A stretch of DNA of 64,000 bases from assembly GCA_964036045.1 (NCBI GenBank), contig OZ038379.1:12152001-12216000 (forward strand), written 5' to 3'. The translations under genes were made by a program, and so were the position numbers. The notes under the pieces were generated by a model, which did no database searches, was not told the DNA's origin, and saw nothing but the letters and a program-made list of their open reading frames with translations. The stretch comes from Eutreptiella sp. 'Long Island Sound 2002' (taxonomy: Eukaryota > Protista > Euglenida). Shown in pieces: positions 51,927 through 64,000 of the stretch (position 1 is its first letter; each line of letters begins with the position of its first letter).

Positions 51927-51996
51927 CCTACACTGGGGTTTGAGCCCAGGACCATTCAGTTGCAGAGGCAATGCTTTACCCACTAGGGTATGGGCC
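51927..51996 (-). mobile_element. tRNA-derived (SINE-like) sequence
   Basis: The minus strand reads ccctagtgggtaaagcattgcctctgcaactgaatggtcctgggctcaaaccccagtg, with D-loop-like, anticodon-like and degenerate T-loop segments in tRNA order. Confidence 0.45.
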
Positions 51997-53054
51997 ATCT
52001 GTGACACACCACTGCACAGGGGTGGTATTCATATTTGGTCCAATTTGGGTTTCATCCATCATTGGGTTCTCCTCAAAAAACTGAGTATTTTGAGTGTAGA
52101 CACATGGGGTGAAAACCCATTTTTTCACCCTCTACTAATTCAAGCAAATTTTCCTTAGGGCGCCTTTGGCGCCCATGATCCGGCACTTTCCAGCCAATTT
52201 CCAGGGAGGGGGGGGGGGGTCGGCGTAAAGGGTCCGGTCCCGGCGAGCCCCCCGTGGCTTCCATAATGCTGCCTGTTGAGTGGATACAAACATGGTGCCG
52301 TGCCCGCGAGAAAGCTTTCAGGCTGGTAGCGATGTGGCCCTTGGGCCAGAAGCTCCCGCTTTCTTCTATTCAGGGGCCATGGTCCCTTCTTCAAAGGGAC
52401 CATCACTAGGCCCCTGCATCGCCGTCAGTGTGGGCAATTTCGGCCATTTTGGCGTTCTGAGCCCACTTGGCAACCCTAAGGCTCCAGGTTGCTAAGGAAT
52501 CCGAGGGAGCTAGGATACACAAGGCCTCTACGGGAATTGTACTTCAAGGGGATGCACTTGGTTGGTTGGGCCCTACCCTCATATGGCCAAGGTAAGGGGT
52601 CATGTTTGGATGTTTTGCCACATCGGAAATCTGGGCTGAAATCACCATGATTCGGACGCCATACCCCCTTGGGATGATGGCGGGGTCAACTAACTGGAAG
52701 GTCAAACCTGACCATTAAAGGAAGATGAAGAGCAATTGTCGGTTGGCAAAGGGGCCTATTGACGCCCCCGCACGCCACTGTGGCTGGTCGGGACACCCTT
52801 GCCATTTCGTGGTTCTAAGGTCTGATTGCGGCAGAACCCCCATATCTGCTGGCCATCGGCAAGGAGAACCGTGTGGTAGGGTTGTGGGCAGGACTCAGAT
52901 GCCTAGTGCTGCATCGCACCCTGAACCCATTCCACTCCCTATCGTGCTTTGCTGGGTGTACATACGTGCTGATTGTACATAGCATCATTTCATGTATTTC
53001 GGAGTGGCAAGGATCCTAGAACGCTTTGTTCTATGAGAATGGTCTCGGCGCCCG

Positions 53055-53665
53055 TTGCCCTTGCGTGCGTTTGCCCGTTCGTGCGTAGCGGACCCGTGGA
53101 CCCCAGCCCTCCACGGTACCGTGTCAAAAGCGTTCTACCGCCGAGAGCCACCGTGGGCCTACAACAAGAACCTTGAGAACACCAGCATCCACCTCACCAC
53201 GATCGGGCGTACTGGTCCCAGCTCTGTAGAGAGAGTGGACCGCGTCACCCGCCTCAACAACACTCCCAGCCACCATCAAGCGTACTGGTACCAGCCCTGC
53301 AGACAGAGTGCACCACAACATTCTCACCAACAGCACTTCCGCATCTTCAACCAAAAGCATCATTGTCTAGTCGACGGCTCTTCCGCCCCGGCCTGCAGCG
53401 CCCCTAACCGGTACCGCGGGACGGTTGGTGCCGCTCATGGCTAGCCTTGAGTGGGACAAGGAGTATGGATACTCCAAGTTGAAGGATGGCACGAAGGCCC
53501 CACAGTGAGTGCAGAACCGCTCTGACGCCAAGGAGTGCACCCACATCGAGGGCGCGCTGCGCAGCATGGGGTACACGTTCTCCCATGCGCAGCGACCGTG
53601 GCAAGTCTACTAGGACCTGCCACAGGACTCCCCGGTGGACCTGTTGCTGGACCTCCATGATGAGG
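53055..53665 (+). pseudogene. Decayed coding-like sequence of unknown family that runs directly into the 20-bp array
   Basis: The frame from ATG 53437 reads MASLEWDKEYGYSKLKDGTKAPQ*VQNRSDAKECTHIEGALRSMGYTFSHAQRPWQVY*DLPQDSPVDLLLDLHDEDRACTGC, with in-frame TGA at 53506 and TAG at 53611. Confidence 0.4.
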
Positions 53666-56600
53666 ACAGGGCATGCACCGGGTGTACAGGGCATGCACCG
53701 GGTGTGCAGGGCATGCACCGGGTGTGCAGGGCATGCACCGGGTGTACAGGGCATGCACCGGGTGTGCAGGGCATGCACCGGGTGTGCAGGGCATGCACCG
53801 GGTGTGCAGGGCATGCACCGGGTGTGCAGGGCATGCACCGGGTGTACAGGGCATGCACCGGGTGTACAGGGCATGCAGCGGGTGTGCAGGGCATGCACCG
53901 GGTGTACAGGGCATGCACCGGGTGTGCAGGGCATGCACCGGGTGTACAGGGCATGCACCGGGTGTACAGGGCATGCACCGGGTGTACAGGGCATGCAGCG
54001 GGTGTACAGGGCATGCACCGGGTGTACAGGGCATGCACCGGGTGTGCAGGGCATGCACCGGGTGTACAGGGCATGCAGCGGGTGCACAAGGCATGCACCG
54101 GGTGTGCAGGGCATGCACCGGGTGTGCAGGGCATGCACCGGGTGTGCAGGGCATGCACCGGGTGTACAGGGCATGCACCGGGTGTGCAGGGCATGCACCG
54201 GGTGTGCAGGGCATGCACCGGGTGTACAGGGCATGCACCGGGTGTGCAGGGCATGCACCGGGTGTACAGGGCATGCACCGGGTGTACAGGGCATGCACCG
54301 GGTGTGCAGGGCATGCACCGGGTGTGCAGGGCATGCACCGGGTGTACAGGGCATGCAGCGGGTGTACAGGGCATGCACCGGGTGTACAGGGCATGCACCG
54401 GGTGTACAGGGCATGCACCGGGTGTACAAGGCATGCAGCGGGTGTGCAAGGCATGCACCGGGTGTACAGGGCATGCAACGGTTGTGCAGGGCATGCACCG
54501 GGTGTACAGGGCATGCACCAGGTGTGCAGGGCATGCACCGGGTGTACAGGGCATGCAGCGGGTGTACAGGGCATGCACCGGGTGTGCAGGGCATGCACCG
54601 GGTGTACAGGGCATGCACCGGGTGTGCAGGCCATGCACCGGGTGTACAGGGCATGCACCGGGTGTACAGGGCATGCACCGGGTGTGCAGGGCATGCACCG
54701 GGTGTACAGGGCATGCAGCGGGTGTGCAGGGCATGCACCGGGTGTACAGGGCATGCACCGGGTGTGCAGGGCATGCACCGGGTGTGCAGGGCATGCACCG
54801 GCTGTGCAGGGCATGCACCGGGTGTACAGGGCATGCACCGGGTGTGCAGGGCATGCACCGGGTGTACAGGGCATGGACCGGGTGTGCAGGGCATGCACCG
54901 GGTGTGCAGGGCATGCACCGGGTGTGCAGGGCATGCACCGGGTGTCCAGGGCATGCAGCGGGTGTACAGGGCATGCACCGGGTGTGCAGGGCATGCACCG
55001 GGTGTGCAGGGCATGCACCGGGTGTACAGGGCATGCACCGGGTGTGCAGGGCATGCACCGGGTGTGCAGGGCATGCACCGGGTGTACAGGGCATGCACCG
55101 GGTGTACAGGGCATGCACCGGGTGTACAAGGCATGCAGCGGGTGTGCAAGGCATGCACCGGGTGTACAGGGCATGCACCGGGTGTGCAGGGCATGCACCG
55201 GGTGTACAGGGCATGCACCAGGTGTGCAGGGCATGCACCGGGTGTACAGGGCATGCAGCGGGTGTACAGGGCATGCACCGGGTGTGCAGGGCATGCACCG
55301 GGTGTACAGGGCATGCACCGGGTGTGCAGGCCATGCACCGGGTGTACAGGGCATGCACCGGGTGTACAGGGCATGCACCGGGTGTGCAGGGCATGCACCG
55401 GGTGTACAGGGCATGCAGCGGGTGTGCAGGGCATGCACCGGGTATACAGGGCATGCACCGGGTGTGCAGGGCATGCACCGGGTGTGCAGGGCATGCACCG
55501 GCTGTGCAGGGCATGCACCGGGTGTACAGGGCATGCACCGGGTGTGCAGGGCATGCACCGGGTGTACAGGGCATGGACCGGGTGTGCAGGGCATGCACCG
55601 GGTGTGCAGGGCATGCACCGGGTGTGCAGGGCATGCACCGGGTGTACAGGGCATGCAGCGGGTGTGCAGGGCATGCACCGGGTGTACAGGGCATGCACCG
55701 GGTGTGCAGGGCATGCACCGGGTGTGCAGGGCATGCACCGGCTGTGCAGGGCATGCACCGGGTGTACAGGGCATGCACCGGGTGTGCAGGGCATGCACCG
55801 GGTGTACAGGGCATGGACCGGGTGTGCAGGGCATGCACCGGGTGTGCAGGCCATGCACCGGGTGTACAGGGCATGCACCGGGTGTGCAGGGCATGCACCG
55901 GGTGTGCAGGGCATGCACCGGGTGTACAGGGCATGCAGCGGGTGTGCAGGGCATGCACCGGGTGTACAGGGCATGCACCGGGTGTGCAGGGCATGCACCG
56001 GGTGTGCAGGGCATGCACCGGGTGTACAGGGCATGCACCGGGTGTGCAGGGCATGCACCGGGTGTGCAGGGCATGCACCGGGTGTACAGGGCATGCACCG
56101 GGTGTGCAGGGCATGCACCGGGTGTGCAGGGCATGCACCGGGTGTACAGGGCATGCACCGGGTGTACAGGGCATGCACCGGGTGTACAAGGCATGCAGCG
56201 GGTGTGCAAGGCATGCACCGGGTGTACAGGGCATGCACCGGGTGTGCAGGGCATGCACCGGGTGTACAGGGCATGCACCAGGTGTGCAGGGCATGCACCG
56301 GGTCTACAGGGCATGCAGCGGGTGTACAGGGCATGCACCGGGTGTGCAGGGCATGCACCGGGTGTACAGGGCATGCACCGGGTGTGCAGGCCATGCACCG
56401 GGTGTACAGGGCATGCACCGGGTGTACAGGGCATGCACCGGGTGTGCAGGGCATGCACCGGGTGTACAGGGCATGCAGCGGGTGTGCAGGGCATGCACCG
56501 GGTGTACAGGGCATGCACCGGGTGTGCAGGGCATGCACCGGGTGTGCAGGGCATGCACCGGCTGTGCAGGGCATGCACCGGGTGTACAGGGCATGCACCG

Positions 56601-59600
56601 GGTGTGCAGGGCATGCACCGGGTGTACAGGGCATGCAGCGGGTGCACAGGGCATGCACCGGGTGTGCAGGGCATGCACCGGGTGTGCAGGGCATGCACCG
56701 GGTGTGCAGGGCATGCACCGGGTGTGCAGGGCATGCACCGGGTGTACAGGGCATGCAGCGGGTGTACAGGGCATGCACCGGGTGTACAGGGCATGCACCG
56801 GGTGTACAGGGCATGCACCGGGTGTGCAGGGCATGCACCGGCTGTGCAGGGCATGCACCGGGTGTACAGGGCATGCACCGGGTGTGCAGGGCATGCACCG
56901 GGTGTGCAGGGCATGCAGCGGGTGTGCAGGGCATGCACCGGGTGTGCAGGCCATGCACCGGGTGTACAGGGCATGCACCGGGTGTACAGGGCATGCACCG
57001 GGTGTACAGGGCATGCACCGGGTGTACAGGGCATGCAGCGGGTGTGCAGGGCATGCACCGGGTGTACAGGGCATGCACCGGGTGTGCAGGGCATGCACCG
57101 GGTGTGCAGGGCATGCACCGGCTGTGCAGGGCATGCACCGGGTGTACAGGGCATGCACCGGGTGTGCAGGGCATGCACCGGGTGTACAGGGCATGCAGCG
57201 GGTGCACAGGGCATGCACCGGGTGTGCAGGGCATGCACCGGGTGTGCAGGGCATGCACCGGGTGTGCAGGGCATGCACCGGGTGTGCAGGGCATGCACCG
57301 GGTGTACAGGGCATGCACCCGGTGTGCAGGGCATGCACCGGGTGTACAGGGCATGCACCGGGTGTGCAGGGCATGCACCGGGTGTGCAGGGCATGCACCG
57401 GCTGTGCAGGGCATGCACCAGGTGTGCAGGGCATGCACCGGGTCTACAGGGCATGCAGCGGGTGTACAGGGCATGCACCGGGTGTGCAGGGCATGCACCG
57501 GGTGTACAGGGCATGCACCGGGTGTGCAGGCCATGCACCGGGTGTACAGGGCATGCACCGGGTGTACAGGGCATGCACCGGGTGTGCAGGGCATGCACCG
57601 GGTGTACAGGGCATGCAGCGGGTGTGCAGGGCATGCACCGGGTGTACAGGGCATGCACCGGGTGTGCAGGGCATGCACCGGGTGTGCAGGGCATGCACCG
57701 GCTGTGCAGGGCATGCACCGGGTGTACAGGGCATGCACCGGGTGTGCAGGGCATGCACCGGGTGTACAGGGCATGCAGCGGGTGCACAGGGCATGCACCG
57801 GGTGTGCAGGGCATGCACCGGGTGTGCAGGGCATGCACCGGGTGTGCAGGGCATGCACCGGGTGTGCAGGGCATGCACCGGGTGTACAGGGCATGCAGCG
57901 GGTGTACAGGGCATGCACCGGGTGTACAGGGCATGCACCGGGTGTACAGGGCATGCACCGGGTGTGCAGGGCATGCACCGGCTGTGCAGGGCATGCACCG
58001 GGTGTACAGGGCATGCACCGGGTGTGCAGGGCATGCACCGGGTGTGCAGGGCATGCAGCGGGTGTGCAGGGCATGCACCGGGTGTGCAGGCCATGCACCG
58101 GGTGTACAGGGCATGCACCGGGTGTACAGGGCATGCACCGGGTGTACAGGGCATGCACCGGGTGTACAGGGCATGCAGCGGGTGTGCAGGGCATGCACCG
58201 GGTGTACAGGGCATGCACCGGGTGTGCAGGGCATGCACCGGGTGTGCAGGGCATGCACCGGCTGTGCAGGGCATGCACCGGGTGTACAGGGCATGCACCG
58301 GGTGTGCAGGGCATGCACCGGGTGTACAGGGCATGCAGCGGGTGCACAGGGCATGCACCGGGTGTGCAGGGCATGCACCGGGTGTGCAGGGCATGCACCG
58401 GGTGTGCAGGGCATGCACCGGGTGTGCAGGGCATGCACCGGGTGTACAGGGCATGCACCGGGTGTGCAGGGCATGCACCGGGTGTACAGGGCATGCACCG
58501 GGTGTGCAGGGCATGCACCGGGTGTGCAGGGCATGCACCGGGTGTACAGGGCATGCACCGGGTGTGCAGGGCATGCACCGGGTGTGCAGGGCATGCACCG
58601 GGTGTACAGGGCATGCACCGGGTGTACAGGGCATGCACCGGGTGTACAAGGCATGCAGCGGGTGTGCAAGGCATGCACCGGGTGTACAGGGCATGCACCG
58701 GGTGTGCAGGGCATGCACCGGGTGTACAGGGCATGCACCAGGTGTGCAGGGCATGCACCGGGTCTACAGGGCATGCAGCGGGTGTACAGGGCATGCACCG
58801 GGTGTGCAGGGCATGCACCGGGTGTACAGGGCATGCACCGGGTGTGCAGGCCATGCACCGGGTGTACAGGGCATGCACCGGGTGTACAGGGCATGCACCG
58901 GGTGTGCAGGGCATGCACCGGGTGTACAGGGCATGCAGCGGGTGTGCAGGGCATGCACCGGGTGTACAGGGCATGCACCGGGTGTGCAGGGCATGCACCG
59001 GGTGTGCAGGGCATGCACCGGCTGTGCAGGGCATGCACCGGGTGTACAGGGCATGCACCGGGTGTGCAGGGCATGCACCGGGTGTACAGGGCATGCAGCG
59101 GGTGCACAGGGCATGCACCGGGTGTGCAGGGCATGCACCGGGTGTGCAGGGCATGCACCGGGTGTGCAGGGCATGCACCGGGTGTGCAGGGCATGCACCG
59201 GGTGTACAGGGCATGCAGCGGGTGTACAGGGCATGCACCGGGTGTACAGGGCATGCACCGGGTGTGCAGGGCATGCACCGGGTGTGCAGGGCATGCACCG
59301 GGTGTGCAGGGCATGCACCGGGTGTACAGGGCATGCACCGGGTGTACAGGGCATGAAACGGGTGTACAGGGCATGCACCGGGTGTACAGGGCATGCACCG
59401 GGTGTGCAGGGCATGCACCGGGTGTACAGGGCATGCACCGGGTGTGCAGGGCATGCACCGGGTGTGCAGGGCATGCACCGGGTGTGCAGGGCATGCACCG
59501 GGTGTACAGGGCATGCACCGGGTGTACAGGGCATGCACCGGGTGTACAGGGCATGCACCGGGTGTACAGGGCATGCACCGGGTGTGCAGGGCATGCACCG

Positions 59601-62600
59601 GGTGTACAGGGCATGCACCGGGTGTGCAGGGCATGCACCGGGTGTACAGGGCATGCAGGGGGTGTGCAGGGCATGCACCGGGTGTGCAGGGCATGCACCG
59701 GGTGTGCAGGGCATGCACCGGGTGTGCAGGGCATGCACCGGGTGTACAGGGCATGCAGCGGGTGTGCAGGGCATGCACCGGCTGTGCAGGGCATGCACCG
59801 GGTGTACAGGGCATGCAGCGGGTGTACAGGGCATGCACCGGGTGTACAGGGCATGCACCGGGTGCACAGGGCATGCACCGGGTGTGCAGGGCATGCACCG
59901 GGTGTACAGGGCATGCACCGGGTGTACAGGGCATGCACCGGGTGTGCAGGGCATGCACCGGGTGTACAGGGCATGCACCGGCTGTGCAGGGCATGCACCG
60001 GGTGTGCAGGGCATGCACCGGGTGTACAGGGCATGCAGCGGGTGTACAGGGCATGCACCGGGTCTACAGGGCATGCACCGGGTGTGCAGGGCATGCACCG
60101 GGTGTACAGGGCATGCAGCGGGTGTGCAGGGCATGCACCGGGTGTGCAGGGCATGCAGCGGGTGTACAGGGCATGCACCGGGTGTACAGGGCATGCACCG
60201 GGTGTACAGGGCATGCACCGGGTGTACAGGGCATGCACCGGGTGTACAGTGCATGCACCGGGTGTGCAGGGCATGCAGCGGGTGTACAGGGCATGCACCG
60301 GGTGTGCAGGGCATGCACCGGGTGTACAGGGCATGCACCGGGTGTACAGGGCATGCACCAGGTGTGCAGGGCATGCACCGGGTGTACAGGGCATGCACCG
60401 GATGTACGGGGCATGCACCGGGTGTGCAGGGCATGCACCGGGTGTGCAGGGCATGCACCGGGTGTGCAGGGCATGCACCGGGTGTACAGGGCATGCACCG
60501 GGTGTACAGGGCATGCACCGGGTGTGCAGGGCATGCACCGGGTGTGCAGGGCATGCACCGGGTGTGCAGCGCATGCACCGGGTGTACAGGGCATGCAGCG
60601 GGTGTGCAGGGCATGCACCGGGTGTACAGGGCATGCACCGGGTGTACAGGGCATGCAGCGGGTGTGCAGGGCATGCACCGGGTGTGCAGGGCATGCACCG
60701 GGTGTACAGGGCATACACCGGGTGTACAGGGCATGCACCGGGTGTACAGGGCTTGCACCGGGTGTGCAGGGCATGCACCGGGTGTACAGGGCATGCACCG
60801 GGTGTACAGGGCATGCACCGGGTGTGCAGGGCATGCACCGGGTGTGCAGGGCATGCACCGGGTGTGCAGGGCATGCACCGGGTGTGCAGGGCATGCACCG
60901 GGTGTGCAGGGCATGCACCGGGTGTACAGGGCATGCAGCGGGTGTGCAGGGCATGCACCGGGTGTACAGGGCATGCACCGGGTGTACAGGGCATGCAGCG
61001 GGCGTACAGGGCATGCACCGGGTGTACAGGGCATGCACCGGGTGTACAGTGCATGCACCGGGTGTGCAGGGCATGCACCAGGTGTGCAGGGCATGCACCG
61101 GGTGTGCAGGGCATGCACCGGGTGTGCAGGGCATGCACCGGGTGTGCAGGGCATGCACCGGGTGTGCAGGGCATGCACCGGGTGTACAGGGCATGCAGCG
61201 GGTGTGCAGGGCATGCACCGGGTGTGCAGGGCATGCACCGGGTGTACAGGGCATGCACCGGGTGTGCAGGGCATGCACCGGGTGTGCAGGGCATGCACCG
61301 GGTGTACAGGGCATGCAGCGGGTGTGCAGGGCATGCACCGGGTGTACAGGGCATGCACCGGGTGTACAGGGCATGCAGCGGCTGTACAGGGCATGCACCG
61401 GGTGTGCAGGGCATGCACCGGGTGTACAGGGCATGCAGCGGGTGTACAGGGCATGCACCGGGTGTGCAGGGCATGCACCGGGTGTACAGGGCATGCAGCG
61501 GGTGTGCAGGGCATGCACCGGGTGTACAGGGCATGCACCGGGTGTGCAGGGCATGCACCGGGTGTACAGGGCATGGACCGGGTGTGCAGGGCATGCACCG
61601 GGTGTGCAGGGCATGCACCGGGTGTACAGGGCATGCACCGGGTGTACAGGGCATGCACCGGGTGTACAGGGCATGCAGCGGGTGTACAGGGCATGCACCG
61701 GGTGTACAGGGCATGCACCGGGTGTACAGGGCATGCAGCGGGTGTGCAGGGCATGCACCGGGTGTGCAGGGCATGCAGCGGGTGTGCAGGGCATGCACCG
61801 GGTGTACAGGGCATGCACCGGGTGTACAGGGCATGCAGCGGGTGTGCAGGGCATGCACCGGGTGTACAGGGCATGCAGCGGGTGTGCAGGGCATGCACCG
61901 GGTGTACAGGGCATGCACCGGGTGTACAGGGCATGCAGCGGGTGTACAGGGCATGCACCGGGTGTACAGGGCATGCACCGGGTGTACAGGGCATGCACCG
62001 GGTGTACAGGGCATGCAGCGGGTGTACAGGGCATGCACCGGGTGTACAGGGCATGCACCGGGTGTACAGGGCATGCACCGGGTGTACAGGGCATGCAGCG
62101 GGTGTGCAGGGCATGCACCGGGTGTACAGGGCATGCACCGGGTGTACAGGGCATGCAGCGGGTGTGCAGGGCATGCAGCGGGTGTGCAGGGCATGCACCG
62201 GGTGTGCAGGGCATGCACCGGGTGTGCAGGGCATGCACCGGGTGTGCAGGGCATGCACCGGGTGTACAGGGCATGCAGCGGGTGTACAGGGCATGCAGCG
62301 GGTGTGCAGGGCATGCACCGGGTGTACAGGGCATGCACCGGGTGTACAGGGCATGCAGCGGGTGTACAGGGCATGCACCGGGTGTACAGGGCATGCACCG
62401 GGTGTACAGGGCATGCAGCGGGTGTGCAGGGCATGCAGCGGGTGTACAGGGCATGCACCGGGTGTACAGGGCATGCACCGGGTGTACAGGGCATGCACCG
62501 GGTGTACAGGGCATGCACCGGGTGTGCAGGGCATGCACCGGGTGTGCAGGGCATGCACCGGGTGTACAGGGCATGCAGCGGGTGTACAGGGCATGCACTG

Positions 62601-64000
62601 GGTGTGCAGGGCATGCAGCGGGTGTGCAGGGCATGCAGCGGGTGTGCAGGGCATGCAGGGGGTGTGCAGGGCATGCACCGGGTGTACAGGGCATGCACCG
62701 GGTGTGCAGGGCATGCAGCGGGTGTACAGGGCATGCAGCGGGTGTGCAGGGCATGCACCGGGTGTACAGGGCATGCACCGGGTGTACAGGGCATGCAGCG
62801 GGTGTGCAGGGCATGCACCGGGTGTGCAGGGCATGCACCGGGTGTGCAGGGCATGCACCGGGTGTACAGGGCATGCACCGGGTGTGCAGGGCATGCAGCG
62901 GGTGTGCAGGGCATGCACCGGGTGTGCAGGGCATGCACCGGGTGTACAGGGCATGCACCGGGTGTACAGGGCATGCACCGGGTGTACAGGGCATGCAGCG
63001 GGTGTGCAGGGCATGCACCGGGTGTACAGGGCATGCACCGGGTGTACAGGGCATGCAGCGGGTGTGCAGGGCATGCACCGGGTGTGCAGGGCATGCACCG
63101 GGTGTACAGGGCATGCACCGGGTGTGCAGGGCATGCACCGGGTGTACAGGGCATGCACCGGGTGTACAGGGCATGCAGCGGGTGTGCAGGGCATGCAGCG
63201 GGTGTACAGTGCATGCACCGGGTGTGCAGGGCATGCAGCGGGTGTACAGGGCATGCACCGGGTGTGCAGGGCATGCACCGGGTGTACAGGGCATGCACCG
63301 GGTGTACAGGGCATGCACCGGGTGTACAGGGCATGCACCGGGTGTGCAGGGCATGCACGGGGTGTGCAGGGCATGCACCGGGTGTACAGGGCATGCAGCG
63401 GGTGTACAGGGCATGCACCGGGTGTACAGGGCATGCACCGGGTGTGCAGGGCATGCACCGGGTGTACAGGGCATGCAGCGGGTGTACAGGGCATGCACCA
63501 GGTGTACAGGGCATGCACCGGGTGTACAGGGCATGCACCGGGTGTACAGGGCATGCAGCGGGTGTACAGGGCATGCACCGGGTGTACTGGGCATGCACCG
63601 GGTGTACAGGGCATGCACCGGGTGTACAGGGCATGCAACGGGTGTACAGGGCATGCACCGGGTGTACAGGGCATGCACCGGGTGTACAGGGCATGCACCG
63701 GGTGTACAGGGCATGCAGCGGGTGTGCAGGGCATGCACCGGGTGTACAGGGCATGCACCGGGTGTACAGGGCATGCAGCGGGTGTACAGGGCATGCAGCC
63801 GGTGTGCAGGGCATGCACCGGGTGTACAGGGCATGCACCGGGTGTGCAGGGCATGCACCGGGTGTGCAGGGCATGCACCGGGTGTACAGGGCATGCAGCG
63901 GGTGTACAGGGCATGCAGCGGGTGTGCAGGGCATGCACCGGGTGTGCAGGGCATGCACCGGGTGTGCAGGGCATGCAGCGGGTGTGCAGGGCATGCACCG
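53666..64000 (+). repeat. 20-bp tandem satellite, consensus GGGCATGCA(C/G)CGGGTGT(A/G)CA, ~517 copies; continues past the window end
   Basis: Every 60-nt line from 53701 onward holds exactly three units in constant register. Variation is by substitution only. Confidence 0.99.

Noticed and set aside
22821-51996. Functional tRNA genes at 22821-22913 and 51927-51996
   Set aside because: The acceptor and anticodon stems do not pair properly and the boxes are degenerate. They are kept only as tRNA-derived relics.
53404-63998. Giant ORFs (up to 3517 aa) of MPCTPGACP.. and GHAPGVQGMHRV.. repeats
   Set aside because: The 20-bp unit has no stop triplet on either strand, so all frames are open by default. 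Point variants that create stops (TGA at ~59354, TAG on the minus strand at each ggtctacagg) are tolerated and were copied by the HORs.
53666-64000. CRISPR-like or information-storing array
   Set aside because: There are no unique spacers and no cas, RT or recombinase gene nearby, and the context is eukaryotic. The variant order is explained by block duplications.

Overview
Repeat-rich eukaryotic nuclear DNA with spliceosomal GT-AG introns. The gene content is compatible with a protist, possibly a euglenozoan, but that is inference. The window has three parts. (1) Positions 1-53.6 kb are gene-sparse and full of decayed TEs, minisatellites and G/C homopolymers. They hold two apparently intact two-exon minus-strand genes: a Mip/FklB-type FKBP and YIF1. 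(2) A plus-strand train of exons at 10.8-16.4 kb comes from unrelated proteins: BRCT, the motif I region of a small ATP-dependent DNA ligase, a duplicated pyruvate:ferredoxin oxidoreductase (PFOR) exon, a PAN/Apple-like exon and a further PFOR exon. Their splice phases are compatible, yet none of the parent genes is complete in the window. A 3341-bp hAT transposon (31463-34803) has TIRs and a perfect 8-bp TSD. Its transposase is frameshifted, lacks the C-terminal hATC region and carries an unusual NUMOD1-like and PHD-like N-terminus. (3) From 53666 to the window end there is a >10.3 kb, indel-free array of a 20-bp unit (~517 copies). It has two binary variable sites and nested higher-order repeats (280/560/700/1140/1320 bp), and it emerges in frame from a decayed ORF. 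There is no CRISPR array, rRNA or intact tRNA. All domain calls come from motif recognition by eye, not database searches.
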